A stretch of 64,000 nucleotides of DNA from a virus, in the IMG/VR virus record IMGVR_UViG_3300037572_000374, positions 14,506-78,505 of that record. The stretch is one strand, 5' to 3'. Below are positions 47,620 through 56,926 of this stretch, piece by piece (the first letter of the stretch is position 1; every line of letters starts with the position of its first letter). The notes beneath the pieces are model-generated. The model ran no database searches. It was not told the DNA's origin and saw only the letters and a list, made by a program, of their open reading frames with translations. Both the position numbers and the translations under genes were made by a program.

Positions 47620-47982
47620 ATGTTATCAAACAACACTTTAGAAGTATTAGAACAAAAATTAGCTTACGTAAAATCTCAGTTAAAAACTGAAGGAAAGTAT
47701 TTAAATCCACAAGGGATGGTAATTATCAACAGAGAATTATCTTCTCTTAAAGGTAAGATTAATGAAGCTAAACTTAGACACTTTGTTGGAAAAACAACAA
47801 AAGGAGCTTTAGTTTACACAGCAGTTAATCCTTATGGATCTACATCAGCTGATAAAGTACTTTATATAGAGGGTCTTCCAAGTGGATGGGATGCTGCTGC
47901 ATTTGATCAAACAAGTGGAGCTGAACAAGAAGTTATGATTGATGGAGGTCAAGAGTGGTCAGAAACAATTATCTTCAACTAG
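47620..47982 (+). CDS. Hypothetical protein
   Basis: ORF track trimmed to the ATG after the promoter. Confidence 0.55.
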   Translation: MLSNNTLEVLEQKLAYVKSQLKTEGKYLNPQGMVIINRELSSLKGKINEAKLRHFVGKTTKGALVYTAVNPYGSTSADKVLYIEGLPSGWDAAAFDQTSGAEQEVMIDGGQEWSETIIFN

Positions 47983-48042
47983 AAAAATACAAAGAGGGAT
48001 ATGGACCACTCTCTAACTGGTCCTATTACGAATAAATACAAT

Positions 48043-48408
48043 ATGAGAATATTAACAATTTTATTATTTGTGATTTCATTAAGTTGTAAGTCACAAGAGC
48101 CACAAAAAGTTCATGCTACAGTTTACAATGCTGTACCAGAACAAACTAATTCAGATCCTGGTCACACAGCATTTATGTTTGAGTTAGATTTACAAAATCC
48201 TTACAAGCACAAAATTATTGCAGTGAGTAGAGATTTATTAAAAAAGTATCCTAAAGGAACCAAAGTACAAGTACAAGGTACTACCTATGATGGGATTTTT
48301 ATTGTAATGGATAAAATGAATAAGAGATATACAAATCGTATTGATCTGTTGATTAATCAAGAAATGCAGATTGGCAATTGGCCAGATGCAACAATAACTA
48401 AAATCTAG
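48043..48408 (+). CDS. 3D-domain (MltA-like) protein with signal peptide
   Basis: ATVYN..QT..P..TA, IAVSRDL, DKMNKR..RIDL; LSC lipobox. Confidence 0.7.
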   Translation: MRILTILLFVISLSCKSQEPQKVHATVYNAVPEQTNSDPGHTAFMFELDLQNPYKHKIIAVSRDLLKKYPKGTKVQVQGTTYDGIFIVMDKMNKRYTNRIDLLINQEMQIGNWPDATITKI

Positions 48409-48412
48409 TAAT

Positions 48413-48775
48413 ATGAAAAAGTTTATTTTAGCGATCGATTTTGATGGCACAATAGCAACAGATAGTTTTCCAGAAGTAGGAAAGCTAATCAAAGATGCAG
48501 ATAGAATTATACAAAAGCTGTATGAAGATGGTCATGACATAATCATTAACACATGCAGAACAGGAAAGTATGAAGGATTGGCTGAGTACTTCTTAAAGAA
48601 GAATGATATACCATATCATTACATCAATAGTAATTTACCAAGAGTGATTGAATTCTTTAAACAAGATTGTAGAAAGATTTCAGCAGACTATTATATAGAT
48701 AATAGAAGTATTGGTAGATTACCAAGTTGGACAGAAATTTATAAAATAATTAAAAAAGATAGCTTAGGCAAATAA
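48413..48775 (+). CDS. HAD-superfamily phosphatase-like protein
   Basis: IDFDGT, TCR, KISADYYIDNR. Confidence 0.75.
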   Translation: MKKFILAIDFDGTIATDSFPEVGKLIKDADRIIQKLYEDGHDIIINTCRTGKYEGLAEYFLKKNDIPYHYINSNLPRVIEFFKQDCRKISADYYIDNRSIGRLPSWTEIYKIIKKDSLGK

Positions 48776-48789
48776 TTTTAGTATCTTTA
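48758..48789 (+). promoter_or_regulatory. sigmaA-type promoter motif (degenerate)
   Basis: TAGCT..AGTATCTTTA. Confidence 0.5.
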
Positions 48790-48803
48790 CCAAAAATACA
48801 ATT

Positions 48804-49079
48804 ATGGCAGAAAGGTTTAATGTAAGTGAAAATAGGTTTGAATGTCTCAAACAGCTAATGGCAGATGCCAAGGCTGGGAGGAAGAAAATCTCAGCAAAGC
48901 AACACAGAGAGTTGTTGAACTTAAAGGCAGCTTATAATGGATTCTCCAAAGACTTCGATCTACAAACTACACTGAGAGTAATTTCTCACTTAGAAGATAT
49001 GAAGGCAGGAGAGGCAGCTACAAGTAGCGACTTAATTAGATTAGAGATATTAAAAGATAAAATCTTAGGACATGAATAA
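48804..49079 (+). CDS. Hypothetical protein
   Basis: ORF track. Confidence 0.55.
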   Translation: MAERFNVSENRFECLKQLMADAKAGRKKISAKQHRELLNLKAAYNGFSKDFDLQTTLRVISHLEDMKAGEAATSSDLIRLEILKDKILGHE

Positions 49080-49611
49080 GATTATAGCATACACAGATGG
49101 AAGTGCAGTAGTTAGAGGAGTGGCTAAGGGTAATGGAGGTTTTGGAACTTATTTTCCAGATCTGTATGGATCCAAAGCTGCCTTTAGTTTAGGTTTTAAA
49201 ACAACTAAGACTGGACGTATGGAAGTGTCTGCTTTATTCTATGCAATCAATGCTATCAAAAAAGATAGTGCAGTAGAACTTGTTATTTACAGTGATTCAG
49301 AATATGTAGTCAAATCCTTTACAGAGAATAGATTACAAAAGTGGATTGCTAATGGATGGAGAAATTCTGGTGGCAGTATTGCAAACATAGATTTATGGAA
49401 GCCAATTATACAAGCATTGGAGGATAGACCTTTGATGAAGCTAACAATGATTCATATTAGATCTCATCAAGTCGAAAAGGAGAAGGATCCATATAAGAAA
49501 AAACTTCTAATGAAGGATCCAAACATTATTGGAAACATGATGGCTGATCAATTAGCTGATTACAAGAGACACAAAAATTTATTAGATTCAGATAAAATAA
49601 GTATTAATTAA
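49072..49611 (+). CDS. Ribonuclease HI
   Basis: YTDGS, GRME, YSDSEYV, GW..NIDLW, GN.MADQLA. Confidence 0.9.
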   Translation: MNKIIAYTDGSAVVRGVAKGNGGFGTYFPDLYGSKAAFSLGFKTTKTGRMEVSALFYAINAIKKDSAVELVIYSDSEYVVKSFTENRLQKWIANGWRNSGGSIANIDLWKPIIQALEDRPLMKLTMIHIRSHQVEKEKDPYKKKLLMKDPNIIGNMMADQLADYKRHKNLLDSDKISIN

Positions 49612-49624
49612 TAAAACCAAAATT

Positions 49625-50029
49625 ATGAGTAAAAAATTCAACATTGATTGGCAAACATTTGACTTTGCAGTAATTGATATAGTTGGTGAATATGAGGGTA
49701 AGGGAATTACACAAATTGTAGGACTTTCTAGAGGAGGTTTACCATTAGCTGTAGCACTAAGTAATCAACTAAGAGTACCAATGGTACCAATCGTATGGCA
49801 AACCAGAGATGGAGCTGTAAGGGATATTGAGGGTTTAAACAAACTTGAAAATATAGAAACTACTTTATTTGTAGATGATATTTGTGATTCAGGATTAACT
49901 ATTGAACAAATAAGAGAAATTTATCCAGATTCAATTTGGTGTGCATTAGTAAATAAGAAACCTGGTTTTATAGATTATTCACCTCTTGAAGTAGATGGAG
50001 ATGAATGGATCGTGTTCCCTTGGGAATAA
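49625..50029 (+). CDS. Purine (xanthine-guanine-like) phosphoribosyltransferase
   Basis: GLSRGGL, FVDDICDSGLT PRPP loop, WIVFPWE. Confidence 0.85.
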   Translation: MSKKFNIDWQTFDFAVIDIVGEYEGKGITQIVGLSRGGLPLAVALSNQLRVPMVPIVWQTRDGAVRDIEGLNKLENIETTLFVDDICDSGLTIEQIREIYPDSIWCALVNKKPGFIDYSPLEVDGDEWIVFPWE

Positions 50030-50040
50030 TTAAAATAAAT

Positions 50041-50073
50041 GTAGCTTCGTATAATAGGAGTAGAGTATCTTTA
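50041..50073 (+). promoter_or_regulatory. sigmaA-type promoter motif
   Basis: GTAGCTTCGTAT..GAGTATCTTTA. Confidence 0.65.
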
Positions 50074-50112
50074 ACAAAATAAAATAATTAACTAATAAAA
50101 CAGACGAAGCAA

Positions 50113-51099
50113 ATGAACACAAAAAAAATGAACATCTTTAGAAAGAGAGTCTCTCTAAAGCCATATGAATATCCTGAGTTGGTAGAATATGTAGACGCCA
50201 TACGACATTCGTATTGGATCCATACAGAATTCAACTACACAAGTGACATACAAGATTTCAAGTCAAATCTTAGCACAGTGGAGCAGGATGCTATAAAAAA
50301 TACAATGCTTGCAATATCTCAAATAGAAGTAGCAGTTAAGAACTTCTGGGGAGACATCAATCAAAAGATGCCAAAACCTGAGATAGCAGCAGTAGGAATT
50401 ACATTTGCAGAAAGTGAAGTAAGGCATCATGATGCTTACTCACACTTGTTAGAGATCCTAGGACTGAATGAAGAGTTTGAAAAGTTAGGAGACAATCCAG
50501 TAATGATTGGAAGAATCAATTATTTAGATAGAGCACTAAAGAGAACTGATGATAGCGATAAGAGCTTCTCTGAGTCAATAGTTTTATTCTCTTTATTTAT
50601 AGAGCATGTATCTTTATTCTCTCAATTCTTAATTATTATGGCTTTTAATAAACATAAGAATGTTTTAAAAGGAATTTCTAATGTTGTAGAAGCAACATCT
50701 AAAGAAGAACAGATTCATGGAGATTTTGGAATTGATCTTATCAAGATTATTAGAGAAGAGAATCCAAGTTGGTTTGATGATGATCACAAAAGAATGGTAG
50801 CAAGAATATGCAGAAAGGCTTTCAAGCATGAGAGTAGATTAATTGATTGGATATTTGAGGGTGGTGAATTAGATTTCTTACCTAAAGATGTAATAAAGGA
50901 ATTCATTAAAAACAGATTCAATAATTCTTTAGAGAGTGTTGGAGTTGAAAAAATATTTGAAGTGGATCCAATATTATTAGAACAGACTGATTGGTTTGAT
51001 GATGAGATTATAGGAACCAAGCATGGAGATTTCTTTGTAAAGAGATCAATCAATTACAGCAAGAGAACAAAAAGTATAACAGAAGATGACTTATTTTAA
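50113..51099 (+). CDS. nrdB: Class I ribonucleotide reductase beta subunit
   Basis: ESEVRHHDAY, IEHVSLFSQF, KEEQIH, DFF. Confidence 0.9.
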   Translation: MNTKKMNIFRKRVSLKPYEYPELVEYVDAIRHSYWIHTEFNYTSDIQDFKSNLSTVEQDAIKNTMLAISQIEVAVKNFWGDINQKMPKPEIAAVGITFAESEVRHHDAYSHLLEILGLNEEFEKLGDNPVMIGRINYLDRALKRTDDSDKSFSESIVLFSLFIEHVSLFSQFLIIMAFNKHKNVLKGISNVVEATSKEEQIHGDFGIDLIKIIREENPSWFDDDHKRMVARICRKAFKHESRLIDWIFEGGELDFLPKDVIKEFIKNRFNNSLESVGVEKIFEVDPILLEQTDWFDDEIIGTKHGDFFVKRSINYSKRTKSITEDDLF

Positions 51100-51109
51100 A
51101 CATATATAA

Positions 51110-52798
51110 ATGAAAGAGAAAACAGAATTCAATTGGCTAACAGAGAATAGTCGTAAATTTTTAGGAGCAGGATACTTAACTGGAGATCAAACACCAGAAC
51201 AGAGAATTAGGGAGATAGCAGACAATGCTGAAAAGATTTTAGGGATCCCAGGATTCTCAGATAAGTTTTATGGATATATGTCAAAAGGATATTACTCTTT
51301 GTCATCACCAGTTTGGTCTAATTTTGGAAAGCAAAGAGGATTGCCAATTAGTTGTTTTGGATCCCACATAGCAGATCATATGGGTGATATATTATTCACT
51401 CAGTCAGAAGTAGGAATGATGTCAAAGCTAGGAGGAGGAACTTCTGGATACTTTGGTAACATTAGAGGAAGAGGAGTTGAGATTAAGAACAATGGTAATG
51501 CTTCAGGTTCGGTTCATATGATGCAATTATTTGAAAAGATGGTTGATGTTGTAAGTCAGGGCTCAGTAAGAAGAGGAAGATTCTCTCCATACTTACCAGT
51601 CGAGCACAAGGACATTTTAGAATTCTTAGCAATAGGAACTGAAGGTAATCCAATACAAGAACTGACTCATGGAGTAACAGTTGGGAATGAATGGATGGAA
51701 CAGATGATTGCTGGAGATAGAGAAAAGAGAAGTATTTGGGCTAAGATCTTACAAAGAAGAGGTGAGATTGGATATCCATACATATTGTTTAATGACAATG
51801 CAAATAATGGAACAGTTGATGCTTATAAGGATAGAGGTGATAAAATTCTTGCAAGTAACTTATGTACAGAGATAATGTTACCATCTAACGATGAGTGGTC
51901 ATTTGTATGTTGCTTATCTTCTATCAATGTAGTACACTATGATGAATGGAAAGATACTGATGCAGTTGAGACATTAACTTATTTCTTAGATGCTGTGATG
52001 GAAGAATTCATTACAAAGTTAGAAGTATATAAGGACTCAGATATAAGAGATGACAAATTGACATTCTTATTTATGGAGAAAGCATATACATTTGCAAAAG
52101 AGAATAGAGCTTTAGGATTAGGAGCTTTAGGATGGCATTCATTATTACAATCTAAGATGTTAGCATTTGATAGTGCTGAAGCATTTAATTTGAATAGTGA
52201 GATCTTCAAAGTGATTAAAGAGAAGTCTTATAAGGCATCTGAAGAGATGGCACAATTATTTGGAGAACCAAAAGTATTGAAAGGGTATGGAAGAAGAAAT
52301 ACAACGTTGAATGCAATAGCACCAACTACATCTTCTGCCTTTATATTGGGACAAGTATCTCAAGGTGTGGAGCCTATCTGGTCAAACATCTATGTAAAAG
52401 ATATTGCTAAGATAAAGACAACAATTAGAAATCCATTCTTGGAAAAATTATTACAAGAGAAGGGATTGAATACTTCTGACGTTTGGAGAAGCATTAGAGA
52501 TAATGATGGATCCGTTCAATTTATGAGTGAATTAACACAAGAAGAAAAGGATGTATTTAAAACATATTCAGAAATTGATCAACTAACGATAGTTTATCAA
52601 GCAGCAAATAGACAAGTCCATATCGATCAAGGACAGTCAATTAATATTATGGTACACCCAGATATGCCAATTAAAGATGTAAATAAAATTTACACTACAG
52701 CATGGGAGTTAGGCTTAAAGTCTATGTACTATCAACACAGTATGAATGCAGCTCAGAAATTTAAACAAAAGAAAGAGTGTGCTAGCTGTGAAGGTTAA
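51110..52798 (+). CDS. nrdA: Class I ribonucleotide reductase alpha subunit (no ATP cone)
   Basis: PISCF, SNLCTEI, AIAPTTSS, DQGQS, KSMYY, CASCEG. Confidence 0.95.
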   Translation: MKEKTEFNWLTENSRKFLGAGYLTGDQTPEQRIREIADNAEKILGIPGFSDKFYGYMSKGYYSLSSPVWSNFGKQRGLPISCFGSHIADHMGDILFTQSEVGMMSKLGGGTSGYFGNIRGRGVEIKNNGNASGSVHMMQLFEKMVDVVSQGSVRRGRFSPYLPVEHKDILEFLAIGTEGNPIQELTHGVTVGNEWMEQMIAGDREKRSIWAKILQRRGEIGYPYILFNDNANNGTVDAYKDRGDKILASNLCTEIMLPSNDEWSFVCCLSSINVVHYDEWKDTDAVETLTYFLDAVMEEFITKLEVYKDSDIRDDKLTFLFMEKAYTFAKENRALGLGALGWHSLLQSKMLAFDSAEAFNLNSEIFKVIKEKSYKASEEMAQLFGEPKVLKGYGRRNTTLNAIAPTTSSAFILGQVSQGVEPIWSNIYVKDIAKIKTTIRNPFLEKLLQEKGLNTSDVWRSIRDNDGSVQFMSELTQEEKDVFKTYSEIDQLTIVYQAANRQVHIDQGQSINIMVHPDMPIKDVNKIYTTAWELGLKSMYYQHSMNAAQKFKQKKECASCEG

Positions 52799-52813
52799 AC
52801 AAACACAAATAAC

Positions 52814-53191
52814 ATGAAAAATAAACTCAAGCCGTTAAGGCAAAGGAAACCAAAGGTAACTACTACCGTTAGAGACATGAGTAGATACATAAAGAACGAC
52901 ACAGGATTCACTGAAGATGATATCCTCGTTGTGATAAAATCTATGATTAAATTCATAAAAAGTAGGATGCTAAAAGGATTTGGTGTATCTTTACCAAAAT
53001 TAGGAATTTTTTATCCATTAATCAAACCAGCTCGAACAGTTATGAGTATGAATGGTGGTATAGGAAAGCCTACAAAAATGAAGATGTCAGATAGATGGCA
53101 AGCTAAATTCAAAACAAGTGAAACATTAGATAAGGAGATGGCTAAAAGAACGCCAACCGAACAAGAGGTGAGAAACCTTTATGAAAACTAA
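52814..53191 (+). CDS. HU/IHF-like DNA-binding protein
   Basis: VSLPKLGIF..PAR..KFKTS pattern. Confidence 0.65.
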   Translation: MKNKLKPLRQRKPKVTTTVRDMSRYIKNDTGFTEDDILVVIKSMIKFIKSRMLKGFGVSLPKLGIFYPLIKPARTVMSMNGGIGKPTKMKMSDRWQAKFKTSETLDKEMAKRTPTEQEVRNLYEN

Positions 53192-53202
53192 AAACCAAAA
53201 CT

Positions 53203-54765
53203 ATGAGTAAGTACACTGGAGAAAAATTAGACTACGTTGTAGCATTGCTAAAGAAGGATGAAGATCTTTCAATAGCAGGAGCTACCAAACAAATGTGTCA
53301 ACAGTTTGAGATCAAGTATAAGGACTCTGTTAGAAGAGCAATTAGTCGACATATTAAACAAATGAGAGACGATCAAGCATTGGTAGATTCAGAGTTATTT
53401 GAAACTGCTAAGAAGAAAGTCACTGAAGACAAACAAACTTTCTTAATTTCTTGGGCACAAAATGCAACACCGATTCATAAGAATTTTATGAAGAACATGA
53501 AAGCATATGCTGAAGAATTAGATGCTGGTATTCATATCATTGCAGGAAGATATTCTAATCCAACTTCTATCTTTACAGATAAAGATAAGGATTGGTGGTC
53601 TCCTGAAGTGGTACCTTATTTAGATGCTGCAAGACATAATTTACATAAGTACTTACAAGTGCTTAGTGATATTAAAATTCCACCAACTGGATCCACTCCT
53701 CTATCAGGATTGAATTCTGTTACTGGATTAGAGTCTTGTATCGTTGGTCATCCAAGACAACAAGTAAAGTCTTTACCAATTTTGGTAGGATATCCTCACA
53801 AGCTATTATTAAGTACTGGAGCTGCAACTGTGGCAAACTATACTGATAGCAAGTCAGGAAAGAAAGGTGAATTCCATCATAGCATTGGATTCGTTATTGT
53901 TGAATTGGATGGAGAGAACTTCCACATCAGGCAAGTAAGTGCTGATGATAATGGAAACTTCTATGATTTATACAAAAGAGTGAAGAATGGAATTGTACTT
54001 GACAATGTAGAAGGAGCAGAAGCTGCTGTACTTGGAGACATTCACATTGCTCACAATGATGAGAGAGCAACTGCTGTATCATTTAAGTTGTTAGATCAAA
54101 TGAAGCCTAAGTCTACAATGATTCATGACATTATTGATTGTGAAAGTATATCACATCATGAAGAGAATGATCCATTCAGACTTATGCAAAAGGAAGAGAA
54201 TGGGACTGGTGACTTGAAGAAGGAACTAGAACAAATGTTAGAATGGGTTAAGTTGAGATTGAAATACAATTTGGTAATTGTAAGATCCAATCATGACGAT
54301 TTCTTAGATAGATGGTTAAAGACTGTTGATTGGAGAAGAGCTCGTAACAAAAGAATGTTTTTATTTGGTGCTAATATTTTAGCAAACCAACCAGTAGCTC
54401 AAAGTAAGGGAGTGATATCCTTCTTACTAGAAGATGCATTTGGAGACCAAATTAAGACCTTAGGATTAGATGATTCATATAGAATATTAGGATGGGAACT
54501 TGGAGTACATGGTCACGTAGGTGCAAATGGATCCAGAGGTGGTCATAACCAATATAAGAATATGAATACAAAGATGATTACTGGACACACTCACTCTCCT
54601 AACAGAGGTGATGGACACATGACAGTAGGAACATTATCTGGATTAAGAGTAGGATATAATAAAGGAGCATCATCTTGGATGCATGCAAATGCTTTAATTT
54701 ATCCTGATGGCAAAGCTCAATTGATTTACATTGTTGGAGGAAAATATTGTAGAGATATGAAGTAA
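53203..54765 (+). CDS. Calcineurin-like metallophosphoesterase
   Basis: LGDIH, HDIID, SNHD, HGH, GHTHS. Confidence 0.7.
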   Translation: MSKYTGEKLDYVVALLKKDEDLSIAGATKQMCQQFEIKYKDSVRRAISRHIKQMRDDQALVDSELFETAKKKVTEDKQTFLISWAQNATPIHKNFMKNMKAYAEELDAGIHIIAGRYSNPTSIFTDKDKDWWSPEVVPYLDAARHNLHKYLQVLSDIKIPPTGSTPLSGLNSVTGLESCIVGHPRQQVKSLPILVGYPHKLLLSTGAATVANYTDSKSGKKGEFHHSIGFVIVELDGENFHIRQVSADDNGNFYDLYKRVKNGIVLDNVEGAEAAVLGDIHIAHNDERATAVSFKLLDQMKPKSTMIHDIIDCESISHHEENDPFRLMQKEENGTGDLKKELEQMLEWVKLRLKYNLVIVRSNHDDFLDRWLKTVDWRRARNKRMFLFGANILANQPVAQSKGVISFLLEDAFGDQIKTLGLDDSYRILGWELGVHGHVGANGSRGGHNQYKNMNTKMITGHTHSPNRGDGHMTVGTLSGLRVGYNKGASSWMHANALIYPDGKAQLIYIVGGKYCRDMK

Positions 54766-54791
54766 TTGTCAAATATTATTTTAAGAGTAAA

Positions 54792-54813
54792 GGGGCACCA
54801 TAACTGGTGCTCC
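54792..54813 (+). terminator. Hairpin, probable terminator
   Basis: GGGGCACCA-TAAC-TGGTGCTCC. Confidence 0.55.
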
Positions 54814-54844
54814 TAAACTTTTTTAAAAAAAATTTCGTTTTATT

Positions 54845-54876
54845 GTTGTCAGAACGATATAGGTAGAGTATCTTTA
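54845..54876 (+). promoter_or_regulatory. sigmaA-type promoter motif
   Basis: GTTGTC..GAGTATCTTTA only 4 nt before ATG (possibly leaderless). Confidence 0.65.
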
Positions 54877-54880
54877 TGTC

Positions 54881-55450
54881 ATGGAAATAAAATCTACAAA
54901 ATTATCAAACGGAGTAACATATGGAAATGTAAGTTTCAAATGTGAATTAGAAGACAGAGATAGAAACAACTGTTCAGTAAGATCTCTTGCAACAGCTTTT
55001 GAAGTACCTTACAAGAAAGCATTTGATGGTGCTGAAATGATTTGGGATAGACAAATAAATAAAGGAGCTAGTTGTTTTGGAGTACACAAAATGGCAAACA
55101 TGGGATGGTTATGGGATAAGCAAATAACTAAGATGGGACAGATTGTAAAGGATGAAGATGATAATGAAATGTTCTTAGGAGAAAAGAAGTTAGGAAAATG
55201 GTATCCAGTTGGAGGTGGTGAGAGAAAGTTTAGAAAGATGAGTACTGGAACGTTTTTTAAGACGTATAAGGAAGGAACTTTTATTGTTAGTGTAAGAGGT
55301 CATATGTTTACAGTAAAGGACGGAGAAGTGTTAGGAAACTATGAAGATGCTTTAATGTTGAAAAGACCAATCGATGTTGCATTTGCAGTTGGAAGTGTAG
55401 CTAACAGAGTAATCAAACCAAAAAGAATTAAAGGAAAAAGAGTTAGATAA
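54881..55450 (+). CDS. Hypothetical protein with papain-like Cys/His pattern
   Basis: NNCSVRSLA...RGHMFTVKDG. Confidence 0.5.
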   Translation: MEIKSTKLSNGVTYGNVSFKCELEDRDRNNCSVRSLATAFEVPYKKAFDGAEMIWDRQINKGASCFGVHKMANMGWLWDKQITKMGQIVKDEDDNEMFLGEKKLGKWYPVGGGERKFRKMSTGTFFKTYKEGTFIVSVRGHMFTVKDGEVLGNYEDALMLKRPIDVAFAVGSVANRVIKPKRIKGKRVR

Positions 55451-55830
55451 TGAACACAGAACAGAAACATAAGTTAGTAAAAAATTTATCAATCATAGGT
55501 TGTTTCGTTGCAGCCTTTGATTTAGATAAAGAAGAAACGTACAATCGCATTGTACAAATGATAGAGAAGGGTGAGGAAGTAATAACTTTCAAAGAATGGA
55601 CCAAGTATCCAACTAAAAGTTTGGGTTGCTTAGATCGTAAGTATTGGGCCAAAGGAGGAAGTGTAATGAGAAGAATGAGTTTAAAGACATTCTTAAAGGA
55701 TTACAAAACTGGATCATATTTAGTAACATTAGATAAAGAAATGATCTATGTGAACAATGGAATGATAGCATTTGGAAAAGATGTTTCATTAAGATCAGGA
55801 ATAGTTAAGGCAATAAAAATAACTAAATAA
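55450..55830 (+). CDS. Paralogue of the upstream gene lacking Cys/His
   Basis: RRMSLKTFLKDYKTGSYLV vs RKMSTGTFFKTYKEGTFIV. Confidence 0.5.
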   Translation: MNTEQKHKLVKNLSIIGCFVAAFDLDKEETYNRIVQMIEKGEEVITFKEWTKYPTKSLGCLDRKYWAKGGSVMRRMSLKTFLKDYKTGSYLVTLDKEMIYVNNGMIAFGKDVSLRSGIVKAIKITK

Positions 55831-55839
55831 ATATATAAG

Positions 55840-56124
55840 ATGGCAGACAAGAAAGTAGAAAGTGTACAAGAAGAAATATTATTTGAATTAATGGTATTGG
55901 CAAGTGAAGCACCAAAGGAGGATAGATTAATTAGCATTGCAACAATAGCTGCACTAACTCAATTCACTCCTGAGGTGACTGGGTACTTTATAGAAACAGC
56001 TCAGCAAATATTTGCTAAGGAAGGATATGATGCAATGATGAAAGTGTATTCAGAATTATTGTTTGCAAACCACAAAGAGGAGTTGGCTCTTGATTTGAAT
56101 GAACTATCAATAAAGCTATCATAA
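55840..56124 (+). CDS. Hypothetical protein
   Basis: ORF track. Confidence 0.55.
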   Translation: MADKKVESVQEEILFELMVLASEAPKEDRLISIATIAALTQFTPEVTGYFIETAQQIFAKEGYDAMMKVYSELLFANHKEELALDLNELSIKLS

Positions 56125-56495
56125 TGAAAGAAGACTATGCAAAAGTATCAATGATGCTTGATAAGGAATACACAGATGCACAATGTAGAAATTTAGTCAA
56201 CTGTATCATGAGTGAAAATATTGGCCCAGATGATGTTTGTAAAAGTCTTGTTGGGTTAGGAGTTAACTTGAATCTGTCTCATGAGTTAGTAGAGGAAAGT
56301 GAAATGGATGAAGATGGAGAGCTTGAGACTTTTGAGACAAGTGAGTTTCAGAACTTTGTTAATGAATCGATTGAGTCATTATTATACAATAAGGATACTA
56401 TGAGTTGGGTAAAGTTTTATAGGAAGACTTTATTACAATTTGAGAAATATGAACTATTACACATTTTAAAATTAGAAAAAACATGGAATATTTAG
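56124..56495 (+). CDS. Hypothetical acidic protein
   Basis: ORF track, TAATG coupling. Confidence 0.55.
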   Translation: MKEDYAKVSMMLDKEYTDAQCRNLVNCIMSENIGPDDVCKSLVGLGVNLNLSHELVEESEMDEDGELETFETSEFQNFVNESIESLLYNKDTMSWVKFYRKTLLQFEKYELLHILKLEKTWNI

Positions 56496-56621
56496 AATTT
56501 AAAGAATTTCTTTTAGCAGAAACGTTATGCGACTTTGTCAACTATAATGCGATAAAGGCATTAACAATTACAAAAAGAGGAGAGTATTTTGTATTATTTT
56601 ACAAAAAAGGATTAGATTAAA

Positions 56622-56654
56622 GTTGCTTTGTATGTTCCAAAAAGAGTATCTTTG
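56622..56654 (+). promoter_or_regulatory. sigmaA-type promoter motif
   Basis: GTTGCTTTGTAT..GAGTATCTTTG. Confidence 0.75.
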
Positions 56655-56675
56655 TGAAAAGATAAAACATATATT

Positions 56676-56921
56676 ATGAAAAATTTAATTATAAGTGTAG
56701 TATTAATTCTAGGAATATTTACAAGTTGTGAACAATTTGATGAGATAGATGAGTGTGGAACCATAACCAACTATGATTATGAATATAGTAACTTTGTTGA
56801 CCAATTTGGAAACCCAACAGATACTTATTACTATGTATGGTTAGATGGAAACAAACACAGAGTGAACTTTGCTACATTCAGTGAAGCAAGATTAGGAGAT
56901 GTAATTTGTATAGAATACTAA
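56676..56921 (+). CDS. Small lipoprotein
   Basis: Lipobox IFTS-C, then EQFDE. Confidence 0.65.
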   Translation: MKNLIISVVLILGIFTSCEQFDEIDECGTITNYDYEYSNFVDQFGNPTDTYYYVWLDGNKHRVNFATFSEARLGDVICIEY

Positions 56922-56926
56922 GATAA

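Noticed and set aside
52981-52997. GTATCTTTACCAAAA inside the HU-like gene as another promoter copy
   Set aside because: Intragenic and lacks the properly spaced upstream TTGCT element.
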